From Thermoproteota archaeon (GTDB taxonomy: Archaea > Thermoproteota > Thermoprotei > Thermofilales > B9-G17), in the NCBI GenBank assembly GCA_029258885.1, contig JAPDJW010000002.1:544001-608000 (forward strand): 64,000 nucleotides of DNA, given 5' to 3'. The notes beneath the pieces were generated by a model. It searched no databases. It was given only the letters and a program-made list of their open reading frames with translations, and had not been told where the DNA came from. Both the position numbers and the translations under genes were made by a program. Each line of letters opens with the position of its first letter. The first letter of the stretch is position 1. This document shows positions 49,123 through 58,783 of this stretch, piece after piece.

Positions 49123-50595
49123 TTACCGTTTAAATCTAGCCTCGCTTAGGAGTTTGTCAGCCTTAATACTATCAACTCCATGTTTAATAAGTAGGTTTCT
49201 GGCATAGTCTAGAAGCTCCCTTTCAATATCCTCTTCTAACGGCTCAACCTCGTGCCTGCGGTGGATTTCAAGTATCCTCTCCCTAGCCCGTGAGATGATG
49301 TCCTTTTTGCCGCCTCTAATCCACGCCTCTCTGCTCAGCCTATCGATGATATTGGATGGATGATATATGGTTTTCCTAAACCACTTTAAGGTATGTGTTT
49401 TTCTTAGGAAGTCTGCTTTGAAGCCAACTTCCCTAAGCACATCCACGGCCTCTGAATCCCTCTCAATATCTAGGAGTTCCCTAAACCTTAAAGCCATTGA
49501 ACATATTTCAGCATCTATAACCAGTTTCTCCAGCGACTGTACGCTTTCATTCTCCATCATCCCCGGGCCACTTACAATATTTACTCCCTTGAGAACAGCT
49601 AGGAAGGCTCCGACACCCACCTCGAATCCAGCCTGATAATCTATTACCTTTGAATCCGATATAGCCATGTAGGCGTGGCATGGTAAACCGTAGTATTTAG
49701 CGATGTCCACGTAGGATAATGTTAAGGCTAACGCCTCAACGCCACATATGGATACAGTACCATATCTCATGTCAAACGAGCACGGTGAGCCTCCATATAC
49801 GACTATCGAGCCCCTCCTGACGCACTGCGCTAAGACGAGCCCGGCTAGAAATTCAGCGTTATGTTGTACTAGGGAACCATATATGGTTACAGGTCCAGTT
49901 GAGCCGGGCGACGGCATAGGAATAATCTCCAGCGGAAGCCCTAGTTTGACACAATCTATAATGTTCTGAGACGTAATATAGCTCCATTTAAGGGGCGGCG
50001 AGGGGCAGACATCGAATACAGCTATCGGTTCATGTTTCATATCTTCTCCCTTGACGATGCTAATCATCCTAGACATTTCATATACTCCCTTATCCGAGAA
50101 TGCTCCCGTTATAATAGGCTTAGAGCTATTCATTAATACCACGAAAAGCCTCCATGAATCATAGATCTCGTTTGGGACATCGCTTGCAACAATGGCTGTC
50201 GACTGGAAAACCATACTATCCAGCGCATCAGCCGTAAAGACAAACTCCGCCAAATCTCTAGTTATCGGCTTTCTAATATCGTTTCTATCGTAGTCATATA
50301 CGTATATTGCAGCTGAACCCGGATTAAAGTACGTATTATCATCTCCAACGGTAAAGCATCTCCCTCCTCTTGAAGCATAGAGTTTAAATACCTTAGGAGT
50401 AGCCTTAATGCATTCATCAGCTAAGGATGAGTTAATTCTAGCTACTTTCCTTTTATAATCTACGTTGCATCCATAGTCGTCGAGTGTCTTTAGGGCGTTC
50501 GAATTATCGATGAAAACGCCTATATCCTCCAGTACGGATAAGCTATCTACATGAATTGATTCAACCAGGTTCTTACCTAATATGCTGAGCTTCAT
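49123..50595 (-). CDS. mttB: Trimethylamine methyltransferase (MttB) superfamily, non-pyrrolysine
   Basis: IHVDSLSVLEDIG, SPPLKW, GSTGPVTIYGSL, DMRYG, DSKVIDYQAG, SLEKLVID; no in-frame TAG. Confidence 0.88.
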   Translation of the reverse strand: MKLSILGKNLVESIHVDSLSVLEDIGVFIDNSNALKTLDDYGCNVDYKRKVARINSSLADECIKATPKVFKLYASRGGRCFTVGDDNTYFNPGSAAIYVYDYDRNDIRKPITRDLAEFVFTADALDSMVFQSTAIVASDVPNEIYDSWRLFVVLMNSSKPIITGAFSDKGVYEMSRMISIVKGEDMKHEPIAVFDVCPSPPLKWSYITSQNIIDCVKLGLPLEIIPMPSPGSTGPVTIYGSLVQHNAEFLAGLVLAQCVRRGSIVVYGGSPCSFDMRYGTVSICGVEALALTLSYVDIAKYYGLPCHAYMAISDSKVIDYQAGFEVGVGAFLAVLKGVNIVSGPGMMENESVQSLEKLVIDAEICSMALRFRELLDIERDSEAVDVLREVGFKADFLRKTHTLKWFRKTIYHPSNIIDRLSREAWIRGGKKDIISRARERILEIHRRHEVEPLEEDIERELLDYARNLLIKHGVDSIKADKLLSEARFKR

Positions 50596-50619
50596 GAAGT
50601 AAAGTTAGTTTTCAGTAAT

Positions 50620-50950
50620 TTAAGGCTTTATCTTTAATCTCCCATATAGTTGATCAAGTTCTCTAACCGAGTGTGCATCGTAGCCGATTAACCATTCATC
50701 TCCATTATCGATCCACACGTCTAGAATATCCTTGGACGACAGATTATACTTAACGTTATTCTTAAGGATAAGCCAGTGAACATTTTCCAGTAAAACCCTA
50801 AGCGTCTCCCGTACACACTTCACCTTAAGCCAGCCTTTTTTCTTAAGAAGTAGTAGCGGATGAGCATATACAAGGTTAAACTCCGAATACCTATCGAGAA
50901 CCTTCTCAGGCGACTCCAGATATTTAAATCACACAAGGACTACATGAAGG
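50620..50950 (-). pseudogene. Probable PHP-domain remnant
   Basis: Frame extends upstream of the track ORF through LVYAHP; LIGYDAHS resembles GSDAH; upstream stops. Confidence 0.4.
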
Positions 50951-51065
50951 CCAAGGCTACATTAGGAATAGCAAAGTTCAGAGCTTTCCAGTCCCTAGGT
51001 ACAAGTGTCCATACGCCGAGCAGTACTAGCTAAAGATCTATTCATGCTATAAATAGGGTTATAGG

Positions 51066-51512
51066 TTAAGATTTATTCTCCTTCTTTCTCTCTTCTCTAT
51101 AGTCGATTACATCGGCTAACGTGCCGAGAACTATAGATAGGCTCAGCAAAGCTACAATTATCAGCAGAAGCTTAGATATGTTTAGGGTTAACACAGCTTC
51201 CTTATACTCTACATGAATTAGACCAAAGCCGCTCATCGAGAAGACATATACTAGATATATTACAAGAGAGAATCTACCTAGGAACTTAACAACTATGCTT
51301 AGGGGCTTTTCAGAAACATATCTAATTAGAGATAGGATAGCTATAATAAAGCCTATGATACTGAGCGTTGACACGTCTAGATCCACTATTATATCCGGAT
51401 ACCTGGCTTTAACTAGGGATAGAATATACTGAGGGAGGTAGATGAACAATACTATATTAATTATAAATGATAATATTCCCAATGCGATTCCTTTAGGCTC
51501 AGCCCTGAACAT
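51066..51512 (-). CDS. 4-TM membrane protein
   Basis: Four hydrophobic segments. Confidence 0.7.
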   Translation of the reverse strand: MFRAEPKGIALGILSFIINIVLFIYLPQYILSLVKARYPDIIVDLDVSTLSIIGFIIAILSLIRYVSEKPLSIVVKFLGRFSLVIYLVYVFSMSGFGLIHVEYKEAVLTLNISKLLLIIVALLSLSIVLGTLADVIDYREERKKENKS

Positions 51513-52596
51513 CGCTTATAAGTACCTCCATATGTTTCTGTGCATGGAATGGCTCATACACCGTAATTAATAGATCCACCTTATCAAGCCTCTCTATCTT
51601 GAGTGCAACCATGGTGATATCGCCCTCGGCAAAGCCGTTAACAAAGTTTATGGTAACGTTTTTAGCTATCGAGAAATCGGAGTAGGAGGCTTCAATACAG
51701 GCTTTAATGGTCTGATTAAAGCGGAAGCTACAGTTAACCACGTAGTGTAGTGTCACTTTAAAGTGTGTTGAATTAACATCCACCGTATTTACTACATTAA
51801 CGCTCACGGATATAAGCGGAGAAAGGTGAATATTGGTCTCGTATACCTTACGGTCGCCAACGTAAATCTCAACCTTAACATCCCCGCCTTTAAACAGCAG
51901 CTTACCTATGCTAGTTTTCGAGGTGCGTATAGTAAGTTTAGTTGGACTGCCAGTACTAGATGATCGAACATTAAGCGAAGCGTTAATATCTGGACCCTGC
52001 ATTACGATCCTAACAGGAATTTCCTTGATTGGAACAACTCCTATATGCCTTATGGACACGGGTATCTCAGCGTAAACCTCATCTCCCGATGCATAGAGGG
52101 CAAGCTTCTCCAGGAGAGGGCTAAAGTCCATAGCATAGATCGGCGTAGTCCAGGGGACGATCTTCCTCCAGTATAGCTCTACATCAACCCAGTAGGCGTA
52201 CGTTAAACTCAATCTTGCAATTAGGGTGGCATTGAATGATCTAAAGAATGCCTCTATAAGCTCATCGCTTACTTCACCACTAAAATTGAAAACCTTGACC
52301 TGCTCAGCCCTACTGGCAGGAATATCGCCCAGCAGAGAGAACCCATGGTATATCGTATTGTTTGCATCATCCAATATATAATATTCGGCGGATAAATCCG
52401 TAATAGGATAGAAGCCTGGATTACGTATGTGGACGGGAATCTGCACATAAAGCGTGTTATTCTTAAAATTCCAGCTGATGTCTCCCACGGTAAATCTAAT
52501 CGATAATGCCGAATAGATTATTGTAGCAACTAATATAATAACGATAACGTTAACGATGTAGGATGTGGCTCTAAGTATAGTTGAAATCCTAGACAT
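51499..52596 (-). CDS. Membrane-anchored beta-sandwich protein (LEA2-like repeats)
   Basis: N-terminal TM, then PVHIRNPGFYPITDL and repeated beta-rich units. Confidence 0.6.
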   Translation of the reverse strand: MSRISTILRATSYIVNVIVIILVATIIYSALSIRFTVGDISWNFKNNTLYVQIPVHIRNPGFYPITDLSAEYYILDDANNTIYHGFSLLGDIPASRAEQVKVFNFSGEVSDELIEAFFRSFNATLIARLSLTYAYWVDVELYWRKIVPWTTPIYAMDFSPLLEKLALYASGDEVYAEIPVSIRHIGVVPIKEIPVRIVMQGPDINASLNVRSSSTGSPTKLTIRTSKTSIGKLLFKGGDVKVEIYVGDRKVYETNIHLSPLISVSVNVVNTVDVNSTHFKVTLHYVVNCSFRFNQTIKACIEASYSDFSIAKNVTINFVNGFAEGDITMVALKIERLDKVDLLITVYEPFHAQKHMEVLISDVQG

Positions 52597-52789
52597 ACGT
52601 TACTATATAGCGAACAACTAGTAAATAAACTTTACATATTTACCTATTAAAAGCATAAAGAAATTTTAAATCACTTATCAGTACTAGTTCAAAATTTTGC
52701 AATATAATGTTTTCCATAAAGCCACAATTTACTACAACGTAAACTTAAAATAGATATACATTTTTACTAGCACCCTCATATCATAAATC

Positions 52790-53650
52790 ATGGGAAAATA
52801 TAAGTACATAATATTTATCCTCGCACTAGCCCTACTTCCCGCGATGATACTGTTTAGAATACCTCGCAGTGAAGTTGAAGAGCCCAAACACGTAATCGAT
52901 ATAGGCGCTATAGAATACGCTAACATTACAGTATTAATAGATAACAATGCCTTTAACGGCTTAAGAAGTCCATGGGGAATCTCAATATACGTGGAGACGC
53001 CGAATATAACGATATTATTCGATACCGGGCCAAGACCAGAAGACCTAGAGTACAACTGTAGGCTACTTAAAGTAGATCTATCTAAGGTAGACATAGTGGT
53101 GCTATCCCACGAGCATGGGGATCACATAGGAGGGCTAGGCTACTTAGCAGGCCAGGCGCCAAACGCAACAGTATACGTACCCTCAGGAATGTCCAATTTC
53201 GTTAAGAATGAAATAAGGAAACTCAACTTTAAACTGATTGAAGTAGAGCAGACAACTATAATATCCGAAGGAATAGCAGTTGTAGGTCAACTATATGGTC
53301 CACCGTACGAGCAGGCACTAGCATTAAATATCAAAAACCTAGGCCTAGTAGTAATAGTCGGCTGTAGCCATCCCGGAGTAGATAAGATAGTACATAAGAT
53401 AGCCCTAGAAACAGGTGAAAAACCCTACCTAGTATTAGGAGGCTTCCATATGGCGGCGGCTTCAAAGAATAAGATAACATCCGTAATACTGAATCTTGTA
53501 GCCCATGGAGTCAACTGCATAGCTCCAATACACTGCAGCGGCGACAACTTTAGGAAAATAATGAGCAAGGATTTCCGGGATAAATACCTAGAGCTACATG
53601 TAGGCTCGAGACTAATAGTGAACTCAACTGGAGTATACCTCAGGGGATAA
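52790..53650 (+). CDS. MBL-fold metallo-hydrolase
   Basis: [34 protein letters not shown]. Confidence 0.88.
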   Translation: MGKYKYIIFILALALLPAMILFRIPRSEVEEPKHVIDIGAIEYANITVLIDNNAFNGLRSPWGISIYVETPNITILFDTGPRPEDLEYNCRLLKVDLSKVDIVVLSHEHGDHIGGLGYLAGQAPNATVYVPSGMSNFVKNEIRKLNFKLIEVEQTTIISEGIAVVGQLYGPPYEQALALNIKNLGLVVIVGCSHPGVDKIVHKIALETGEKPYLVLGGFHMAAASKNKITSVILNLVAHGVNCIAPIHCSGDNFRKIMSKDFRDKYLELHVGSRLIVNSTGVYLRG

Positions 53651-53675
53651 CGTTTTAACTCTCAAGAAATATTCA

Positions 53676-54083
53676 TTGAGCGGTGATAATATGGCGAAGG
53701 AAATCATATATACGGGTAAAGCTCCCAAGCCGATAGGCCCATACTCTCAGGCAGTTAAGGTTGGAGGATTTCTCTTCGGCTCAGGTCAGATAGCCATAGA
53801 TCCTGCAACTGGCGAGCTGGTTAGAGGCGACATAAAGGCCCAAACTAGAAGAGTCATGAAGAACATTAAAGCTATACTGGAGAGCTCAGGATACACCTTA
53901 AAGGATGTAGTTAAAGTCACAGTCTTCCTTAAAAACATTGAGGATTTCAAGGACTTCAATGAAGTATATGGAGAATATTTCAGGGAGGGGCCGCCAGCCC
54001 GAACAACAGTCGAGGTTTCAAGGCTACCCAAGGACGTGCTAATAGAAGTAGATTTTATAGCATACAGCAATAGGAGGAAGTAG
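53676..54083 (+). CDS. ridA: RidA/YjgF enamine deaminase
   Basis: [28 protein letters not shown]. Confidence 0.93.
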   Translation: MSGDNMAKEIIYTGKAPKPIGPYSQAVKVGGFLFGSGQIAIDPATGELVRGDIKAQTRRVMKNIKAILESSGYTLKDVVKVTVFLKNIEDFKDFNEVYGEYFREGPPARTTVEVSRLPKDVLIEVDFIAYSNRRK

Positions 54084-54095
54084 CTATTCGAATAG

Positions 54096-54353
54096 TTAGC
54101 TTTTCTTCTTCCCGAACCTATATATGATAATATAGGCTAAATATAGGATGATTAAACCTAGGGGATATAGGTTAGCTACAAGAAGCACGGCAAATATGAA
54201 TGATAGCAAGATGGACAACAGTATCCTAGCTACCCTATTCATGAGTTTTCTCAAGCTTACATATACAATAACGGCAGTAATAATCCAGAAAAATAGGAAT
54301 ACAGCTAGTGGTCCGTACTCAAACAGGTATCCTGAATACAGGTATACGCTCAT
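54096..54353 (-). CDS. Small membrane protein
   Basis: Hydrophobic 85-aa ORF. Confidence 0.55.
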   Translation of the reverse strand: MSVYLYSGYLFEYGPLAVFLFFWIITAVIVYVSLRKLMNRVARILLSILLSFIFAVLLVANLYPLGLIILYLAYIIIYRFGKKKS

Positions 54354-54473
54354 TACAATTTATTCATAAACCTACTTATCTATAAAATAGACGACCTTAA
54401 ACTCTACATATGTCAAAAAGAATTCTACTAATAATAGAAATCTTTTTTAAAAAGTTTTCTAATAATATTATGT

Positions 54474-55781
54474 ATGTTTTCAAAGAGCGTGCTTAGAGGG
54501 ATAGTGTTAGAGCAGCGTGAGGAGATGGAGGAAATATTCAGTGTGGAAAGGATAATTGAGAGGGAGGCTAAGGCTGAGGCTAGAAAATTCCTTAAATATC
54601 CGAATATACTAGCCATATTAGGAGCTAGGAGATGTGGGAAGTCCATATTTGCGTATCAGCTCTTCAGAGGAAATGTTTATGCATACATAAATTTCGACGA
54701 CGAAAGACTAGCCGGAATAGATGCAAGGGATCTAAATAGAATTCTAGAGGTATTCTACGAGATCTATGGCAGAAACCTGAGGAACATAATACTCGACGAG
54801 CCACAGAACGTCCCCAAATGGGAGCTATTCGCCAACAGGCTTAGAAGAACTAAAAAGGTTATAGTTACGGGAAGCAACTCCCAGCTACTCTCCGGCGAGC
54901 TGGCGACGGCATTAACCGGCAGACACGTAACATTCGAACTATATCCCTTCAGCTTCAGAGAAGTACTCGAGTTCCTCGGAAAGCCTAAGGAAGCCTACAC
55001 AACAAAGGAGAGAAGCGAGCTAATTGCAACCCTAAGAGACTTTCTCGAGAACGGCGGGCTCCCCGAGAGGTTCAAGTTTGGAAGGAGAATAATCAGGGAA
55101 GTATACAACGACATAATAACTAGGGATATAGTTAGGAGAGGGAAAATTAAGAAGGAGGTTGAAGTTAAGAGAGCCACAAACTTCCTAATAAGCAACTTCT
55201 CAAACGAATTCACCTTCCGCTCACTAAAATCCATAGCAGGAGTAAAACACCTATCAACACTATCCAAATGGATCGAGCTAATGAAGGAGGCATACCTTAT
55301 CATAGTACTGGAGAGATTCAGCTTCAAAATAAAAAAGCCAACCTACGCGCCGAAAAAAGTCTACTTAATAGACACAGGCTTCACAACAACAGCCGGCTAC
55401 AGAATAAGCGAGAACATAGGCAGACTAATGGAAAACACAGTAGCAGTCGAACTATTCAGGAGAAGAAGCTACTGGCACCCCAACTGGGAGATATACTACT
55501 GGAAAGACCACCAGCAGAGAGAAGTAGACTTCATAGTAAAAAACGGATCAGAAATAAGACAGCTAATCCAAGTAACCTACGCCACAGGCATAGACGAGAT
55601 AGATAGAAGAGAATTAAAATCCCTAATAAAGGCAGGCGAAATATTCAACTGCAAAAACATGCTACTAATAACATGGGACTACGAGGATAAAATAAACATA
55701 AAAAACAGGATAATTAAAGCCACACCACTATGGAAATGGCTACTATCAGTCAACACGCATAAGGATAGAGCAACTAGGTAA
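54474..55781 (+). CDS. AAA_14 ATPase with DUF4143 C-terminus
   Basis: GARRCGKS, LDEPQ, TGSNS, GGLPE, KVYLIDTG, EN.V, EVDF. Confidence 0.9.
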   Translation: MFSKSVLRGIVLEQREEMEEIFSVERIIEREAKAEARKFLKYPNILAILGARRCGKSIFAYQLFRGNVYAYINFDDERLAGIDARDLNRILEVFYEIYGRNLRNIILDEPQNVPKWELFANRLRRTKKVIVTGSNSQLLSGELATALTGRHVTFELYPFSFREVLEFLGKPKEAYTTKERSELIATLRDFLENGGLPERFKFGRRIIREVYNDIITRDIVRRGKIKKEVEVKRATNFLISNFSNEFTFRSLKSIAGVKHLSTLSKWIELMKEAYLIIVLERFSFKIKKPTYAPKKVYLIDTGFTTTAGYRISENIGRLMENTVAVELFRRRSYWHPNWEIYYWKDHQQREVDFIVKNGSEIRQLIQVTYATGIDEIDRRELKSLIKAGEIFNCKNMLLITWDYEDKINIKNRIIKATPLWKWLLSVNTHKDRATR

Positions 55782-56032
55782 CATTAGGTATATTAGCCCT
55801 AAACCTATATTCATCAAACTCTCCAATAGACATCCCAGTAGTCCTAGTAGCCTTATAAATATCACCGTCTCAACATAATACCTATTCCCTCCTCAATAAA
55901 ATACAGCAAAGCAGCCCTAATACGTGGAGGCTGACTATTAATAAACTCCCAGTTGGCATTTTCCCTCCTAATTCTCCTAGCCTCCTCATCCTCTCTCAAC
56001 CACTCCTCATACAAACCAGACGAAACAATCAT
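55774..56032 (-). pseudogene. Small archaeal hypothetical protein, frameshifted
   Basis: MIVSSGLYEEWLREDEEARRIRR...QPPRIRAALLYFIEE in one frame; GDIYKATRTTGMSIGEFDEYRFRANIPNVT in another. Confidence 0.45.
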
Positions 56033-56065
56033 AAAATAATTTAAAACACGTCAATAATTCCTTTT

Positions 56066-56605
56066 CTATTTCTTCAGAACTATGATCCACTGGTTTTCGG
56101 GTATGCATACTACACTATCCTTATTTAAGCTGATCGGTTTTTCGTTAGGTGTGAAGTGGACTTTGACGTAGAAGTCTACGATCCCTAGCCCTGGATTAAT
56201 TTCATTGCTAATCTCTCCCTTGGATAGTACTATTGCTCCTGCGGAATTGCCGATAATATTTCCATTGAAATTTTTAATTAATTCCTCAATTCTCTTCTCC
56301 TTGATGGTTGAGTAGAGTATCTTTGGGTCGCCGCCCGGAAGATAGAGTATATCGGTCTTATCCAGTATCATCCTTATTTCCTCTTTTTCATGCCTCCTTT
56401 CGATGAAGTAGATTTCTCTGGCGCCTAGTTCTCTGAAGTAATCCGCTATTACTCCTCTATAATACCTCTCCTTTTCTGGGTCGTCTGTAGTCCAGGGGAT
56501 AACTGCAATGCTTTTTCTCCTCGAAATCTTTACAATAGCCTCCAGCAGTTCTCTATTAGTTCTCCTCTTAATATCCTCTCCTCCCTGAAGAACTATTATC
56601 TTCAT
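56066..56605 (-). CDS. Peptidase S51 / class I glutamine amidotransferase-like protein
   Basis: LYLPGGD, GNSAGA nucleophile motif, KVHF. Confidence 0.85.
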   Translation of the reverse strand: MKIIVLQGGEDIKRRTNRELLEAIVKISRRKSIAVIPWTTDDPEKERYYRGVIADYFRELGAREIYFIERRHEKEEIRMILDKTDILYLPGGDPKILYSTIKEKRIEELIKNFNGNIIGNSAGAIVLSKGEISNEINPGLGIVDFYVKVHFTPNEKPISLNKDSVVCIPENQWIIVLKK

Positions 56606-56675
56606 GAGTTAGGATAAGCTGTAATCAACCTTAAAGTTAACGTTAACCAGTCTCCCGTAACCGTTATTTAAAACG

Positions 56676-57068
56676 ATGCATTTAATAGAATCACAATTTT
56701 TTAGCTATCTTTACTCAGAGTTCCTAGGCTATTTCTCCATTAATGATACTTTGGGTAATCTTTATTATCTAGATTATCTTATATTGGTGATGGTGTTGGC
56801 TACACTATTGATTAAGGGAGTTTCCGAGGATTTACTTAAGGAGTTCAAGAGGCTTAAGGTTGAGCTTGACTGTAAGACTTGGGCTGAACTTTTAGAGAAG
56901 TTTGTCAGAATGAGGCGTGTTGAAGTGGTTATTGTGGATGAAGATTACCGAAGAAGGGCTAATGAAGGTGTTGAGGAGTTTATTAAGCTTAGAAGGGAGG
57001 TTTCAAGAAGGTGGCGCGGCCCCAGTGCATTAGAGGAGTTCAGGAGGTCCCGTAGGCATGTCGATTAG
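56676..57068 (+). CDS. Putative antitoxin (true start probably ~56787)
   Basis: LLIKGVSEDLLKEFKRLK...TWAELL, ALEEFRRSR; overlaps the PIN gene. Confidence 0.65.
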   Translation: MHLIESQFFSYLYSEFLGYFSINDTLGNLYYLDYLILVMVLATLLIKGVSEDLLKEFKRLKVELDCKTWAELLEKFVRMRRVEVVIVDEDYRRRANEGVEEFIKLRREVSRRWRGPSALEEFRRSRRHVD

Positions 57069-57504
57069 ACGTATACTCGTTCTTAACGCCAATGTTTTTA
57101 TTGCAGCCTTAAAGGAAGATGAAGAGTTTAGTGATGAATGTGCCAATATTATACATGCCATTCCTAGAAGTTTCGTTTTAGCTGAACCAAGCATTGTGTA
57201 TCAGGAGGTCTGCGGCACGCTTGCTAGGAGGGTTGGTTTGGATCTTGCGGATAAGGCTAGGTCTATATTGGATAAGTTTATAGAGCCAGCTCTACTCTTT
57301 AACTGTGATAAATCTTTCTGTCTCTCAGCCAGCTCTCTATGTCATATCTACGGGATATATTCTATTGATGCACTTTACCTGAAGGTTGCGCTGAATACGA
57401 ACGGCATCCTTGTATCGCTTGACAAGGAGGATTTTATAGAAAGGGTTAAAGAAGCTAATCCTCATATAGAGTTCTATCATGTCTCTGAATTCCCGTACCT
57501 CTAG
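57058..57504 (+). CDS. vapC: VapC/PIN toxin
   Basis: VLNANVFI, QEV, IDALYL, SLD. Confidence 0.8.
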   Translation: MSIRRILVLNANVFIAALKEDEEFSDECANIIHAIPRSFVLAEPSIVYQEVCGTLARRVGLDLADKARSILDKFIEPALLFNCDKSFCLSASSLCHIYGIYSIDALYLKVALNTNGILVSLDKEDFIERVKEANPHIEFYHVSEFPYL

Positions 57505-57685
57505 ATTGTCGTTCTGTTCTCCAGCACCCTAGATATTAAAGCTTTTAAGAAAAATATTTTAGCCGTTTATCAAATCTAATTTACTGATATTGCATGGCAT
57601 ACTGAATGAGGCAAAATATCCTTAAACCTATTGTGCTTTTAAATAAAGGATGCCATTAGTTTATATCCGGCTTATATTGTAGTGT

Positions 57686-58291
57686 TTATTTGAATTGTCT
57701 ACATTGAGGACAGTAATACCTGTAGGCGAGTGGTACCCATCCCATTTTGCTTCCGCAGTCTGGACATATATCGGGTAGGTCTGGGGGTGGTGCGCCATCC
57801 GTTCTTCCGCCGTTCTTCATTACCCATTCCTCTATCGCCTTTTTCCAGTCTTCTTTCCCCGAGAATCCCTTAAACATGAAGGTGTATGCTCTGAATTTAC
57901 CGCCTGTTAAATGTCCTACTGTTATCTGTGCTCCTGATAACGGTGGCTTATGGTATTGGACTAGCTTTACGTCCTTTAACGGTATGGTTATGCTGCCGGG
58001 GTTCTTGAGGTTCTTGTAGACATCGTTTAATGAAAGTTTCTTACCCGTTATAACCTTCCTGCCTATGCCGAAGGGAGTCATTGCTGCAAGTTCGCTGGCT
58101 ACGAATCCCTCGGCGAAGCCTGTGACTACGAAGTATAGGTTTCTATTAGTTAATACTAGGAAACCTACCTGACGGCTTCTAACCATGCCTTCAGCCATTG
58201 CACGGCCTATATCCTCTGCGGTAAACTGTAGCGATACGGATCCTACGGAGACGTCCCCCTCCTGTTTAATAATATACTCTCCGGCCGACAT
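57686..58291 (-). CDS. Hypothetical protein, PH-like core plus C-terminal double Zn-ribbon
   Basis: GFLVLTNRNLYF; CPDC...CPQC. Confidence 0.65.
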   Translation of the reverse strand: MSAGEYIIKQEGDVSVGSVSLQFTAEDIGRAMAEGMVRSRQVGFLVLTNRNLYFVVTGFAEGFVASELAAMTPFGIGRKVITGKKLSLNDVYKNLKNPGSITIPLKDVKLVQYHKPPLSGAQITVGHLTGGKFRAYTFMFKGFSGKEDWKKAIEEWVMKNGGRTDGAPPPDLPDICPDCGSKMGWVPLAYRYYCPQCRQFK

Positions 58292-58441
58292 ACGCTCTAG
58301 TATAGAGTCTTATTTCTTAAAAGCTTTATCTACAGAATTACGTATGTGACCACTACGGTTGAAGTATACATACCACCTATATGTATCTTCAATTGAGATT
58401 TGATTCTCATAAAATATATTAAAAATTAGATTGAGAGAGGG

Positions 58442-58750
58442 TTAGCCTGGCGGTGGAGGAGGAGGCGGTGGCGGAGGCGGGGTCTCTTCTTTTTTGCCTC
58501 CACTTTTTAGCTCCTTAAGCTTTGCCTCCTTCTCCTTTAGCTCTTCCTCGATCTTTATCATTTCAGCGAATACCTCCCTTAGGTATGGATCTGCTGCGCC
58601 CTCGCTCTTAAACTTCTTATATATCTTGTAGCCAGCCTTCTTTGCCTCATCATCAAGCTTCCTACGGAGGTTTGTTATCTCAAGCTCCAGCTTAGCTATT
58701 TCGGACGTCCATTGGAGTCCGCCCTTAATTCTCTCCAGAATATCGGACAT
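58442..58750 (-). CDS. Small coiled-coil protein with poly-Pro tail
   Basis: Heptad pattern; ends TPPPPPPPPPPG. Confidence 0.65.
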   Translation of the reverse strand: MSDILERIKGGLQWTSEIAKLELEITNLRRKLDDEAKKAGYKIYKKFKSEGAADPYLREVFAEMIKIEEELKEKEAKLKELKSGGKKEETPPPPPPPPPPPG

Positions 58751-58783
58751 TTCTTCACCGTCTATATAATAGTTTAGGCGAAT

